The position numbers and the translations under genes were made by a program. From Octopus bimaculoides (lineage: Eukaryota): 40,005 nt of DNA. Under the pieces are notes generated by a model. That model did no database searches and had not been told where the DNA came from. It saw only the letters and a program-made list of their open reading frames with translations. This document shows, piece after piece, positions 1 through 11,493 of the stretch; the first letter of the stretch is position 1, and each line of letters opens with the position of its first letter. The stretch lies in NCBI RefSeq assembly GCF_001194135.2, contig NC_068995.1, forward strand, positions 47,097,547 through 47,137,551, given 5' to 3'.

Positions 1-446
1 TTTGTTTTTAACTTTCTTTTTCTTCTTTCTTTTCTTTTCTTTTCTAATATTTGGTTCTGTATTAAAAAAAAAAAATTATCTTTTTGAGTTATTGAAATAC
101 CTCATTACTATTCGTGACATTACATCACCAAATTCTGGACGAAAATAAAAATTTTGGTAAAATAGTTTTCTATAAAAAAAATAAATAAGATAATAAAAAC
201 TAAAAAAAAAAGCAGAAATGTGAAATTGCCTTTTCGTTTTTTTTTATTCTTTACAGAAACATATTAAAATCTTTAAAACTAAAATGTGTGGAAGGAGGAG
301 GAGAAGTGAGAGGAGGGGAAACGAAATAGATGAAAATAAGGAAAAAATAAACACATAAACGATCATTTTCATCAGAATTAATGTCTTTGCTTTTACTTTT
401 GTATTAAGTTTCCCTTTTATTTCTTACAAAAGGATAAAACACATAA

Positions 447-489
447 GTGAATATGGTCGTCGTCTGCATGGTCACAATCATCATCGTCG

Positions 490-520
<31 letters not shown>

Positions 521-790
521 AATCATCATCGTCTTTGTCGCCATCGCCACAAGTAGTAACAAAGATCATGGTCGTCTTCCCTCCTCCTCCGCATCACTCA
601 TTATCATTATCGTCGTCGTCGCCGTCATCATCATCATTATCATCGTCTGCAGCAGCAGCAGGAATAATCGTGATTATCAATCTCGTCATCATCATCATCA
701 TAGTCGTCGTCGTCGTCGTTCTCATCTTCATCACCACCATCATCATCATCATCTTCGTCGTCGCCATCATCATCATTTCAAAAAAAAACA
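447..790. repeat. Compound trinucleotide microsatellite (ATC/GTC/ACC)n
   Basis: Interrupted CAT/CGT/CAC runs; source of the poly-I, poly-H and poly-M ORFs. Confidence 0.95.
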
Positions 791-1227
791 AAGTTCTCGC
801 AATTCTGTGATTTTTAGTCTTTTTATGTAATACAAACCTTATTTTATTTTATTTTTTAGCTTTTCTTTTATTCTTTTTTACATTTAATTCTTCCTGTTTT
901 TACTCGTAACTTTATTAATTCATTTTCAATTTCTTTCACCTCATTCTCCTTTTCTTCTAAACGCCTTCTTCTTCTTCTTCTTCTTCTTCTCCCCACGCAA
1001 TTTTCTTCTCATCTCATCTATCTTCCGTTGGCTTCCTTACCTTCTTTCCTTCTTTCCTTCGTTCATCATTCGTAAATCCTGTCACACATGACTATTATTA
1101 TCTCACGCACACACGCCCCTCCTCCTCCCCATTCCATATCAATCTACCAATCTACTAAACACTAACTCTCAAAAGTAGTAAATGGTTTCATATTTTGGCA
1201 CATGGCCCTGCAATTTAAGACTGAAGA

Positions 1228-1320
1228 GTCCGTGATATAAATTTACGAGTGCGCGGTAGATTAACCGTGATGTGCTGAGTTCGTGATAGGTGAACCGTGA
1301 TATGACAAAGGATTATTGTA
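1228..1320 (-). mobile_element. Single end of a Tc1/mariner (pogo/Tigger-like) element or MITE, CpG-decayed
   Basis: Minus strand reads TA-CAATAATCCTTTGTCATATCACGGTTCACCTATCACGAACTCAG, resembling CAGTAATCCCTCGCTATATCGCGG-type TIRs next to a TA; repeated CCGTGAT subrepeats; partner TIR not found. Confidence 0.45.
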
Positions 1321-1519
1321 CATGTTTTGTCTTGGTATAAAAGATGGGCTACTGTAAATATTCTGCTCAATACCACAGATTTGCTTGCCAGCTGTTTGAC
1401 CATAACCAGTTGAGCGTGTCCCTTGGTGGCTGACGATATGTGCATCTCTGATCACGAGCAGAAGTAGTGGGAGGAGCATCATAGCCATGTGTTGAGAAGG
1501 ATTCTTTGGGGTGTGGAAA

Positions 1520-1765
1520 CATAGGTGTTTTGTTCAATATCCTTAAACAACCCTCATTCAAGGACCTTTTGAGAGGGATGGGCTACTCGACGAGAAGAAC
1601 ATTCTAATTGGGCCCCCACCTGCAATGTTATGCGCTGTTTATCTTGATATGAGATCACCATATCCCGCACATATGGTTGCGATGCATGTGCCTGATGACG
1701 GGTAGTAATGATGGGTATATTGGGCTTCGTATATTTGTACCCCAGTGTCACTTTAATGGCATGTG
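1520..1765 (+). repeat. Interspersed repeat fragment, interrupted by a family D SINE
   Basis: Resembles a common octopus repeat from memory (AAACAACCCTCATTCA...GGGCTTCGTATATTTGTACCCCAGTGTCACTT); single copy in window. Confidence 0.4.
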
Positions 1766-2110
1766 CTGTTCCGCGTTCAGTCCCACTGCGTGGCACCTTG
1801 GGCAAGTGTCTTCTACTATAGCCTCGGGCCGTCCGAAGCCTTGTGAGTGGATTTGGTAGACAGAAACTGAAAGAAGCCCGTCGTATATATGTATACATAT
1901 ATGCATGTGTGTGTGTATGTTTGTGTGTTTGTGTTTGTCCCCACAACGTCGCTTGACAACCGATGCTGGTGTGTTTACGTCCCCGTAACTTAGAATCAGT
2001 ACTAGGCTTACAAAGAATAAGTCTTGTGGTCGATTTGCTCAACTAAAGGCGGTGCTCCAGCATGGCCACAGTCAAAAGATTGAAACAAAGTAAAAAGAGT
2101 ACAAAAGAGT
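1766..2110 (+). mobile_element. tRNA-derived SINE family D, 5'-truncated
   Basis: B-box-like GTTCAGTCCC, CORE-like CACCTTGGGCAAGT, internal (TG)n, 3' GGTGCTCCAGCATGGCCACAGTC and A-rich tail; homologous to 15452-15790 (-) and 23413-23545 (+). Confidence 0.85.
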
Positions 2111-2415
2111 ATTGTAATAAACCTTATAAGCACTGAAGCTAAAGGGAGTTGTCCTGAAGTAGAAAAAAAATATGTGAAATTTCTCCACCCAAACTCGTCG
2201 CCCCATCTCTCCAAATATTAGTGTAATACCTTACTCTACACACTGACCCTAAATTATTATAAGTCCACGAAACAACCAGAAGCAAAACAATGGCGGGTAT
2301 GTCCATTCTAAGCAGGTTCCGGCAGACTTCAGCGTGAAAAGAGAAAAACCTTATTCACCTTTAAATCTCTTGGAACGTGTTAAGAATCAACAAAGCGCAT
2401 CATTGTTTTTTGGGG

Positions 2416-2933
2416 NNNNNNNNNNNNNNNNNNNNNNNNNNNNNNNNNNNNNNNNNNNNNNNNNNNNNNNNNNNNNNNNNNNNNNNNNNNNNNNNNNNNN
2501 NNNNNNNNNNNNNNNNNNNNNNNNNNNNNNNNNNNNNNNNNNNNNNNNNNNNNNNNNNNNNNNNNNNNNNNNNNNNNNNNNNNNNNNNNNNNNNNNNNNN
2601 NNNNNNNNNNNNNNNNNNNNNNNNNNNNNNNNNNNNNNNNNNNNNNNNNNNNNNNNNNNNNNNNNNNNNNNNNNNNNNNNNNNNNNNNNNNNNNNNNNNN
2701 NNNNNNNNNNNNNNNNNNNNNNNNNNNNNNNNNNNNNNNNNNNNNNNNNNNNNNNNNNNNNNNNNNNNNNNNNNNNNNNNNNNNNNNNNNNNNNNNNNNN
2801 NNNNNNNNNNNNNNNNNNNNNNNNNNNNNNNNNNNNNNNNNNNNNNNNNNNNNNNNNNNNNNNNNNNNNNNNNNNNNNNNNNNNNNNNNNNNNNNNNNNN
2901 NNNNNNNNNNNNNNNNNNNNNNNNNNNNNNNNN
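2416..2933. other. Assembly gap
   Basis: N-run. Confidence 1.
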
Positions 2934-3330
2934 TAGTGATGGTGGTGGTGGTGGTGTTAGTGATGGTGATGGTGGTGGTAGTGATGGTGATGGTGGTGGT
3001 AGTGATGGTGATGATGATAATGGTTATGATGACGTGGAGGGGAGGAGCAGGATGAAGAAGAGGAGGAAGCAGAAATGGAGGAGAGGAGAAGGAAGTGGAA
3101 GAAGAGGAGGGAGATGAGTTGGAGGAAGAGGAACAGTAGAAACAGGATGAGGAAACAGAAGTGGAGGAGAGGAGAAGGAGGAACAGGATGAGGAGAAATC
3201 AAAGGAGGAGGCGAAGAGAAGGAGGAACAGGATGAGGTTAAGGCTGAAGAGAAAGAGAAGGAGGAACAGGATGGGGAGGAGGAAGAAGATGGTGAAATTG
3301 GTAACGGTGTTGCTGGTGGTTATCATTTGT
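2934..3330. repeat. (GGT/GAT)n microsatellite followed by a purine-rich minisatellite
   Basis: Motif AGAAGGAGGAACAGGATG recurs about every 40 bp without keeping a reading frame. Confidence 0.85.
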
Positions 3331-3504
3331 GATTATTTTACTGCAGACAGACTTATTCCCCAGTCTATGTGATTGACAACAGGCAGCCAATATACCAACC
3401 AATATGTCAGAGGTGAAAAGAAGACACCTTGGAACGATAAAGAAACAAATGAGGTGAAAGAAAGGATAAGTTCGAAGGAGAATGAAGGAGCACCGTGAAC
3501 GGCA

Positions 3505-3762
3505 TAATCATCTTAATCGTCATCGTTACCATCATCATCATCATCATCGTCATCATCAATCATAATGCATCATCATAACCATCGTGACCACCACCATCAT
3601 CATCATAACCATCATCCTTCTCGTCTGCAGTATCATCATCGACATCACCATCACCCCCACCACCACCACCACCATCATCATCATCATCGTCACCACCACC
3701 ATCATCATCATCGTCACCATCATCATCATCGTCACCATCATCATCATCATCATCATCATCAT
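3505..3762. repeat. (CAT/CAC)n microsatellite
   Basis: Direct reading; runs into gap. Confidence 0.95.
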
Positions 3763-4688
3763 NNNNNNNNNNNNNNNNNNNNNNNNNNNNNNNNNNNNNN
3801 NNNNNNNNNNNNNNNNNNNNNNNNNNNNNNNNNNNNNNNNNNNNNNNNNNNNNNNNNNNNNNNNNNNNNNNNNNNNNNNNNNNNNNNNNNNNNNNNNNNN
3901 NNNNNNNNNNNNNNNNNNNNNNNNNNNNNNNNNNNNNNNNNNNNNNNNNNNNNNNNNNNNNNNNNNNNNNNNNNNNNNNNNNNNNNNNNNNNNNNNNNNN
4001 NNNNNNNNNNNNNNNNNNNNNNNNNNNNNNNNNNNNNNNNNNNNNNNNNNNNNNNNNNNNNNNNNNNNNNNNNNNNNNNNNNNNNNNNNNNNNNNNNNNN
4101 NNNNNNNNNNNNNNNNNNNNNNNNNNNNNNNNNNNNNNNNNNNNNNNNNNNNNNNNNNNNNNNNNNNNNNNNNNNNNNNNNNNNNNNNNNNNNNNNNNNN
4201 NNNNNNNNNNNNNNNNNNNNNNNNNNNNNNNNNNNNNNNNNNNNNNNNNNNNNNNNNNNNNNNNNNNNNNNNNNNNNNNNNNNNNNNNNNNNNNNNNNNN
4301 NNNNNNNNNNNNNNNNNNNNNNNNNNNNNNNNNNNNNNNNNNNNNNNNNNNNNNNNNNNNNNNNNNNNNNNNNNNNNNNNNNNNNNNNNNNNNNNNNNNN
4401 NNNNNNNNNNNNNNNNNNNNNNNNNNNNNNNNNNNNNNNNNNNNNNNNNNNNNNNNNNNNNNNNNNNNNNNNNNNNNNNNNNNNNNNNNNNNNNNNNNNN
4501 NNNNNNNNNNNNNNNNNNNNNNNNNNNNNNNNNNNNNNNNNNNNNNNNNNNNNNNNNNNNNNNNNNNNNNNNNNNNNNNNNNNNNNNNNNNNNNNNNNNN
4601 NNNNNNNNNNNNNNNNNNNNNNNNNNNNNNNNNNNNNNNNNNNNNNNNNNNNNNNNNNNNNNNNNNNNNNNNNNNNNNNNNNNNNNNN
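3763..4688. other. Assembly gap
   Basis: N-run. Confidence 1.
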
Positions 4689-4700
4689 ATATATATACAC

Positions 4701-4740
<40 letters not shown>

Positions 4741-4802
4741 GTATATATATGCTTATAGACAGATTCAAATATAATAGAAATACAAATATATATCTGGTAT
4801 AA

Positions 4803-4833
<31 letters not shown>

Positions 4834-4860
4834 TATATACACGTGTATGTGGGTGTGTGC
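4689..4860. repeat. (TA)n/(CA)n microsatellites
   Basis: Direct reading. Confidence 0.95.
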
Positions 4861-5201
4861 ATGCGTGTATAAGAGAGTTTGTATGTTTATATATGTGACT
4901 GAAAAGTTCAAAATAAGTGGATTCCTATGCAAAAGTCAGAAACATAGACAAAATACAGGGGTCGATATATTCAACACATGTCTAAAATTTATTCTAATTT
5001 TATTGACAGAAATGATTTTGAAGTTTCTGCGGTCATAACTTATTTAAATTGCTCAATTTTACCATTACCTACAAAGTTGTGTCCCTACTGTGTCATGTAC
5101 TGTTATTTGGACTTATATGTGTATCGACGCATAGGACTACGTACATGTGTATATATGTATAAATGGATACTCATTACAGGTATCCATATACATACGACTA
5201 T

Positions 5202-5203
<2 letters not shown>

Positions 5204-5256
<53 letters not shown>

Positions 5257-5273
5257 GTGTCTGTATGTATTTT

Positions 5274-5326
<53 letters not shown>

Positions 5327-5359
5327 GTATATATATGTGTGTGTGTGTGTATATTATAT
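5204..5359. repeat. (GT)n/(TA)n microsatellites
   Basis: Direct reading. Confidence 0.95.
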
Positions 5360-5679
5360 ATATATAGTTTTAGGGAAAATAACCAATTTTCAAGAACTCA
5401 TCGATGAAAATCCACTATCACATATAGAAAAATTAATAATTAAAAGCACAATAAATGAGTATAATATAAAGTAAAGTAAATATCATAAGATAAATATAAT
5501 ATATATTATATTTATCTTATGATATTATAATATAATATATTATATTTATCTTATGATATTTACTTTACTTTATATTATACTCATTTATTGTGCTTTTAAT
5601 TATTAATTTTTCTATATGTGATAGTGGATTTTCATCGATGAGTTCTTGAAAATTGGTTATTTTCCCTAAAACTATATAT
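5360..5679. repeat. Perfect long inverted repeat (149-bp arms, 22-nt spacer)
   Basis: 5360-5508 is the reverse complement of 5531-5679, with no mismatch found by eye; spacer 5509-5530 re-copies the arm tip. Confidence 0.95.
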
Positions 5680-5775
5680 TTTATATATACTTTATCTATA
5701 AGGCTCAATTTAATTTTAATTTTTTATAAATTGATTTTAATTGAGTTTTTTACCTGTAATTTTGGATTTTGTCCC

Positions 5776-5812
<37 letters not shown>

Positions 5813-5936
5813 TTCGCACATGTGTAGGTAGACACACAACAGGCACCCACTCCTACCAAAATTCTTACTATAAATTCTTCCTATGACCTTAAAAGATACT
5901 ATGTCCAACCACACACATACATAAACAGCACAACTA

Positions 5937-5983
<47 letters not shown>

Positions 5984-6274
5984 CACCTTCTCTTGCACGC
6001 ACCTGTCTTGAAAAGAACTTTTTCTCCACCCTTTCCTTTCCGGTCATTCCAATATGTGACCGCGTGTACATCGTTGGTGATTTTCTTTCTCTGTCTTCCA
6101 GGCTTCCCAAAACCAGGAAGAGGAAAGCTGATTTGAAGACTACAGATCTAATCCGTCATTGGAACTGTAAAACTCTGTAAAACTTTCTAGAAGTTTATCA
6201 TGTAAATATATATGAGCATGTCTAGATATGCAAGTATCTGCATGAGAAGACATAGATAAAAAAAAAAACATACA

Positions 6275-7342
6275 AATCTGCACATATACATACATACATA
6301 CATACATACATACATACATGCATATCTTGTAATATACTGTCGAAATCCCCAACAAAGAAGCCTTGGATCTAGGTTAGAAACCAGCTCTTACACTTTTAGC
6401 AAGAAATCTTGAAATGAAGCTGAATAATGACATACATACATATACATACATATATATACATATATACAAACAGACAGACGTACACACATACATACACACA
6501 TGCATGCATCTATACATACATACAGACAGACAGACGTACACACACACACACATACACATACATATATACATACTTATAAACATACGCTCTCAAATATCGT
6601 ATTTGAAAAGAGAAAACACTGACATTTAGGCGTTAGAGTTTCGTGACTGTATCACACTTGTCAATCTGATGTTTATGCTCCTCAGAGGCAGCTGTTGAAA
6701 CCATTGATAACAAATATTTGGAAACAGTCTGAAGAAAATCGCTTAAGGTCACGCGGTAGTAGTGTAGATATTTACATATCCTAAACAATGATTTGTTGAT
6801 AAAAATAACTGCTGGGCAGTAATCTAGAATAATGTAGTTTTTTCCTCCTTATTTCCTTGATTTCATAAAATCTGTCAGATTCTGTATACGCATGTATGTA
6901 CATAGATAGACATATGTAATCATATATTTATATACGTGCTTTTACATATATATGTATATGCACACACACACGCACACACACACACACATGTATATATATA
7001 TATATATATATAATACACTTCTGGTCATATATTGTATATTCCTATTTGTTTTCATATATTTACACATATGTAAGGATATAAACATATACATATATGCACA
7101 TTTATGTTTATAAATATATTCATGTATATGTATATATATGTGTATGTATATATATAGTAACATAGATATATACATATATGTATATATATGTAGATATATA
7201 TATGTGTGTATATATGTATATATATATACACATATGTAAGTATATATAGATACATACACTCATATATATTCATGTATGTATATATACTTTTATATACATA
7301 CATATATATGTAATGTGTGTGTGTGTATACTTTTATATATAT
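6275..7342. repeat. Clusters of (TACA)n/(TA)n/(CA)n low-complexity repeats
   Basis: Dense at 6275-6320, 6440-6580 and 6880-7340. Confidence 0.9.
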
Positions 7343-7512
7343 GTTATTTCGTCCGTCTGCACGCTCTGAGTTCAAATTCCATTGCGGTCGACTTTGCCTT
7401 TCATGCTTTCGAACTCGATGAATTAAGTACCAGTGAAACACTGAGGTCGATGTAAGCAACTATCTCTCTCCCCCAAATTTCAGGCCTTGTGCCTATAGTA
7501 GAAAAGATCATT
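7343..7512 (+). mobile_element. SINE family A, 5'-truncated, tail type 1
   Basis: CTGAGTTCAAATTCC B-box, GTCGACTTTGCCTTTCAT, AAGTACCAG, tail AAATTTCAGGCCTTGTGCCTATAGTAGAAAAGA. Confidence 0.85.
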
Positions 7513-7518
7513 CTTAAA

Positions 7519-7571
7519 CAAGAATATCATTGATAGTGACTTCGAAATATCAGCCAATGAAGCCATCGTTG
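7519..7571 (+). mobile_element. Solo TIR fragment of the MITE family at 10891-11248
   Basis: AGAATATCATTGATAGTGACTTCGAAATATCAGCCAATGAAGCCATCGTTG aligns with 11190-11240. Confidence 0.6.
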
Positions 7572-8461
7572 GACGGTAGGCATAAACACACATACACCTC
7601 TTTTCATGTGCCATGCTGATCTTACAAGCATCGGCATTTACAGTCCTAAAATTTTTTAATTTTTTTTTGTGGTTAAGACACAGCAGAGTTTTTCCTTTGT
7701 TTTCTGTCGGCTTATTTACCATTGACCCTGCTAGTTTTCTGTTCTGCCCATCTTATCCTTGGGACGCCGTACCAATTTAACTTTTAGCCAGGAGGACTAG
7801 CCCACACGACATCAGAGTATGTTCACATACCATTGGGATTCTGTGTCTCATATCTAAGGACCAGCTCTCCTACAAGTCCTGTTATCCTTAGGTACTAGAC
7901 CATCTTCTGCTATACGATCAATAACTAGGAGCTTTGATTAGCTCCGCCGCCCGCTGTCTTGATTGAACCTGGTATGTAGTGGTGGCCACTGAGTAGTTTC
8001 ATACTTCTTAAATCTCTGAAACCTTTGATTTCTCCAGCTGGATCCGCACCACCAAATGTAGTTTAATGTCTTGTTCCGGAACAATTTACCGCAAATATAG
8101 CACAGAATATATTGTAGTAATTAATACCTGTAGCCTAGCGACAAGAGATTTTGGGTCAAATTCTAAGTTCATCGCTTCAATTCCTGGGTCGTGTGGTGCG
8201 TTGCGTCCCCATTTTGTGTTACTCCCGTTTATTCAGCTCTAATGAATACGTTTAGGTACTAGAGCAGCACTTCCTTTCCCCAGCTATCATCTTTTAGATA
8301 TTGTACTGGGTCACTGATGAGGGCGCCGGTAAGATATCTGTAACGGCTTGTGACAACACGGATTTCTAAAACAATTATAGGTAGTATGGTACAGACTACC
8401 TATCAAACCATACTTCCTCATGAGTGACGGCTGGCTACAGTTCAGTGCAATACAGTATTCG

Positions 8462-8837
8462 TGGCACTCCATCGATTACGACGACGAGGGTTCCAATTGA
8501 TCCGATCAACGGAACAGCCTGCTTGTCAAATTAGCTTGCAAGTGGCTGAGCACTCCTCAGACACGTTTACCCTTAGCGCAGTTCTTGAGATTCAGCGTGA
8601 CACAATGTGAAAAGGCTGGGCCTTTGAAATAGAGGCACAACAGAAACAGGAAGAAAGAGTGAGAGAAAGTTGTGGTGAAAGAGTACAGCAGGGTTCGCCA
8701 CCATCCCCTGCCAGAGCATCGTGGAGCTTTAGGTGTTTTCGCTCAATAAACACTCACAACGCCCGGTCTGGGAATCGAAACCGCGACCCTATGACCGCGA
8801 GTCCGCTGCCCCAACCACTGGGCCATTGCGCCTCCAC
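8462..8837 (-). mobile_element. tRNA-derived SINE family B, diverged near-full copy
   Basis: Minus strand GTGGAGGCGCAATGGCCCAGTGGTT (A box)...GGTTTCGATTCCC (B box); colinear with 17166-17560 and 29675-30043. Confidence 0.92.
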
Positions 8838-10229
8838 ACCATTTACAGTAATTATAAAAAGAGAAGAGTTCGACCAATATATTCCATGAAATACATATTA
8901 AATGTTAAAGAGAACGCATTTGGCACGCGAGCCGCAGTGGCTACCACTGAGAAGAGGTTCTTTCATTCGTTCGCAGTTTTGCAGTTGTTGACATTACTGT
9001 TATTGCTCTACCTCTATTGCTATTTTTGAAATTGTTGTTGCTGCTACTGCAGTACATATTTTTTTATATTTGTATGCATTCGTTTTAAGTAGTTATTCAT
9101 TAATTATAGACCACGGTTGAGTGATTAGCCCTTAAATACTTGCGCAGAGGATGTTCTTTGATTGCTTTTAACCCTTTGCCAACGTCGTTGCAATTTTCCA
9201 TCTTTTCTTCTCGCGGATCGTTAAACATGATGGAAATAATAGGAGGAAATAATTACAGATAAGAACAAAAAACGATATTGATAAAATAATCGGGTAAGAT
9301 GAGATGAAAATATATATAATTGAGCGAGAAGAAGCAAACAGCAATAATTATATAAAAGAAACGATTTAGAAATATACTTCATACGTCGATTATTAATTGT
9401 TTATTTCCAAACAGAATACTGATGACTTCATTTACCAATTAGAATCAATTCTTTTACGTAATTAATGTCTCTGGGAAAAGTACGAGTATCACAACATCAT
9501 TTTCAAGTTCTAAAAAAACCAGCAAGAATTCAACAATGAATTAAGTATCAATGTGAAGGTATAAACTAACTTATACTTTGCCTATCACCCTATCACATTC
9601 CTTCTTAACTAAGCCAACGAAATGTGAGTCAACAAGTGTAGTGTCGTCCATATTTTAAGTAGATTTGTGCAAGAAATACCAACCAAATCATCATCTAATA
9701 TTATTCTACGTCCTTTAAATAAAGAATGACACAATTTACAATAAACATTCTGGAAATAAATCATGAATAAAGGACGTTATGGAGGCAATTTGAAAGCCTC
9801 TTTTATCATTGGTCTGCGAGATCAGGGCTGACACGGTACCAAGTTTGTCCACCAATCTTCTCCGAGCACACTTAAAACAAAGAAGGAGACAATGAACCAT
9901 GAATGTTCTGTAGATATGGCTAAAGAAAAGATGTTATACAGATGACTTAAAAGTCTTTCATCATTAGTCAGCTGAATCAAGGATGACCTGGGGCTAGACG
10001 ACGATGATGACGATGACGACATCGCTAACGCTGCCACAGATTTTGAGGTGACAAGGGGGAGGGTGTGTGAAGGAAACCATTGAGATTGGCGACCGAGGTC
10101 ATTTAAACAGCTAATTAGTGAGGGCACTGGTTCTTTGTCCTTACACAACAAGCATACAAAAGATCAAATAATCTGGATTAAATATCCATCTGTTTCGGAT
10201 GTCAGTTCTGATTGATTACATAATTACAA

Positions 10230-10559
10230 ATCATACTCGCATACACACACATATGTACGCACACACACACTCACATGTATATATATATACACACACCAAT
10301 GCACATGTAAACACAGACACACACACATAGATATATATACGTTTATATACAGTCACATACACACGCATATGATAACACTAATACATTGAAAATATTAAGA
10401 CGTACTATATGAGATTTCGCAAAGACACGCTTAAATACACACACACACACGTAACTCACACACACAAAGACGCACACATATATGCACGTTAACACACAAT
10501 CACACGCATGATAGCATACATATGAACATATTTAGACGAACATTACTAGATTTCGCAAC

Positions 10560-10600
<41 letters not shown>

Positions 10601-10638
10601 ACGCACACGCGCACGCGCACGCGCACGCGCACGCGCAC
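10230..10638. repeat. (CA)n grading into (CACG)n/(CGCGCA)n
   Basis: Alternating purine-pyrimidine tract up to the gap. Confidence 0.9.
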
Positions 10639-10890
10639 NNNNNNNNNNNNNNNNNNNNNNNNNNNNNNNNNNNNNNNNNNNNNNNNNNNNNNNNNNNNNN
10701 NNNNNNNNNNNNNNNNNNNNNNNNNNNNNNNNNNNNNNNNNNNNNNNNNNNNNNNNNNNNNNNNNNNNNNNNNNNNNNNNNNNNNNNNNNNNNNNNNNNN
10801 NNNNNNNNNNNNNNNNNNNNNNNNNNNNNNNNNNNNNNNNNNNNNNNNNNNNNNNNNNNNNNNNNNNNNNNNNNNNNNNNNNNNNNNNNN
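10639..10890. other. Assembly gap
   Basis: N-run. Confidence 1.
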
Positions 10891-11248
10891 CAAGAATACA
10901 ACGGCGGTTTACTTGGCCGAAACTTCGAAGCCATTGTCATTAATATTCTTCTATAAGAATTATGTGTGTGTGTGTGTGCTATGCACTGTTTCGTGATGGT
11001 AAGATCAACAAAAAAAGTACTGCAGCTGGTAAGATATTACTTAATTGACACAAAACATGTTTTTATGTGCTACCAGTAGTTTCTTGTGCTGAAAACCTGT
11101 CAAATAATGAATTATAACATGTGTAACATCTCCGCACAGTCATCAGGCACAAACCACATAGCATAATGAACTAAAAATTGAATAGTAGAAGAATATTATT
11201 GATAGTGGCTTCGAAGTTTCCGCCAGGTAAACCATCGTCGTATTTTTG
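10891..11248. mobile_element. MITE with about 60-bp imperfect TIRs (left end abuts gap)
   Basis: 10891-10952 is the imperfect reverse complement of about 11186-11248; internal part recurs at 21395-21565 and the TIR at 7519-7571. Confidence 0.75.
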
Positions 11249-11493
11249 TTTTTAGAATATTAAATGTATTACTCCACAAAGGTATAAAGCAACCCATCAA
11301 ATTAATGTAAAAGAATAGGGATTTTGAATCCGGACAGATACCTTACAAGTACACTGGTATAATCCATGTTCTGGCTAACCATATCGAATGGTATGGAACA
11401 ACGCATAATAGTTTAAGGTAAACAGTTACACAGAATTACACCCAATGGGTAAATCCCGAGTTCAATTCTTTGGATTTTGTCCCGCATACAAAG

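Noticed and set aside
1554-2042. 162-aa minus-strand ORF
   Set aside because: It is the antisense of SINE family D plus the adjacent repeat; similar peptide at 23247-23558 (YSRRHLPKV)
3040-3300. Possible Glu-rich coding exon
   Set aside because: Repeat units shift frame and introduce TAG/TGA; no splice signals
2334-4862. Long ORFs of 200-424 aa (also at 10500, 15517, 30983 and 34763)
   Set aside because: Length comes from N-runs translated as X
7690-8060. Possible RLE-type LINE zinc-knuckle remnant on the minus strand (TCRRAG...IL*C)
   Set aside because: Too degenerate, many stops, no second motif to confirm
8314-8345. CTGATGA hammerhead core start
   Set aside because: No GAAA after a plausible stem II
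9900-9980. NDERLLSHLY resembles the start of a Cys-loop receptor ectodomain
   Set aside because: No signal peptide before it, the following residues do not match, and no further receptor exons occur in the window
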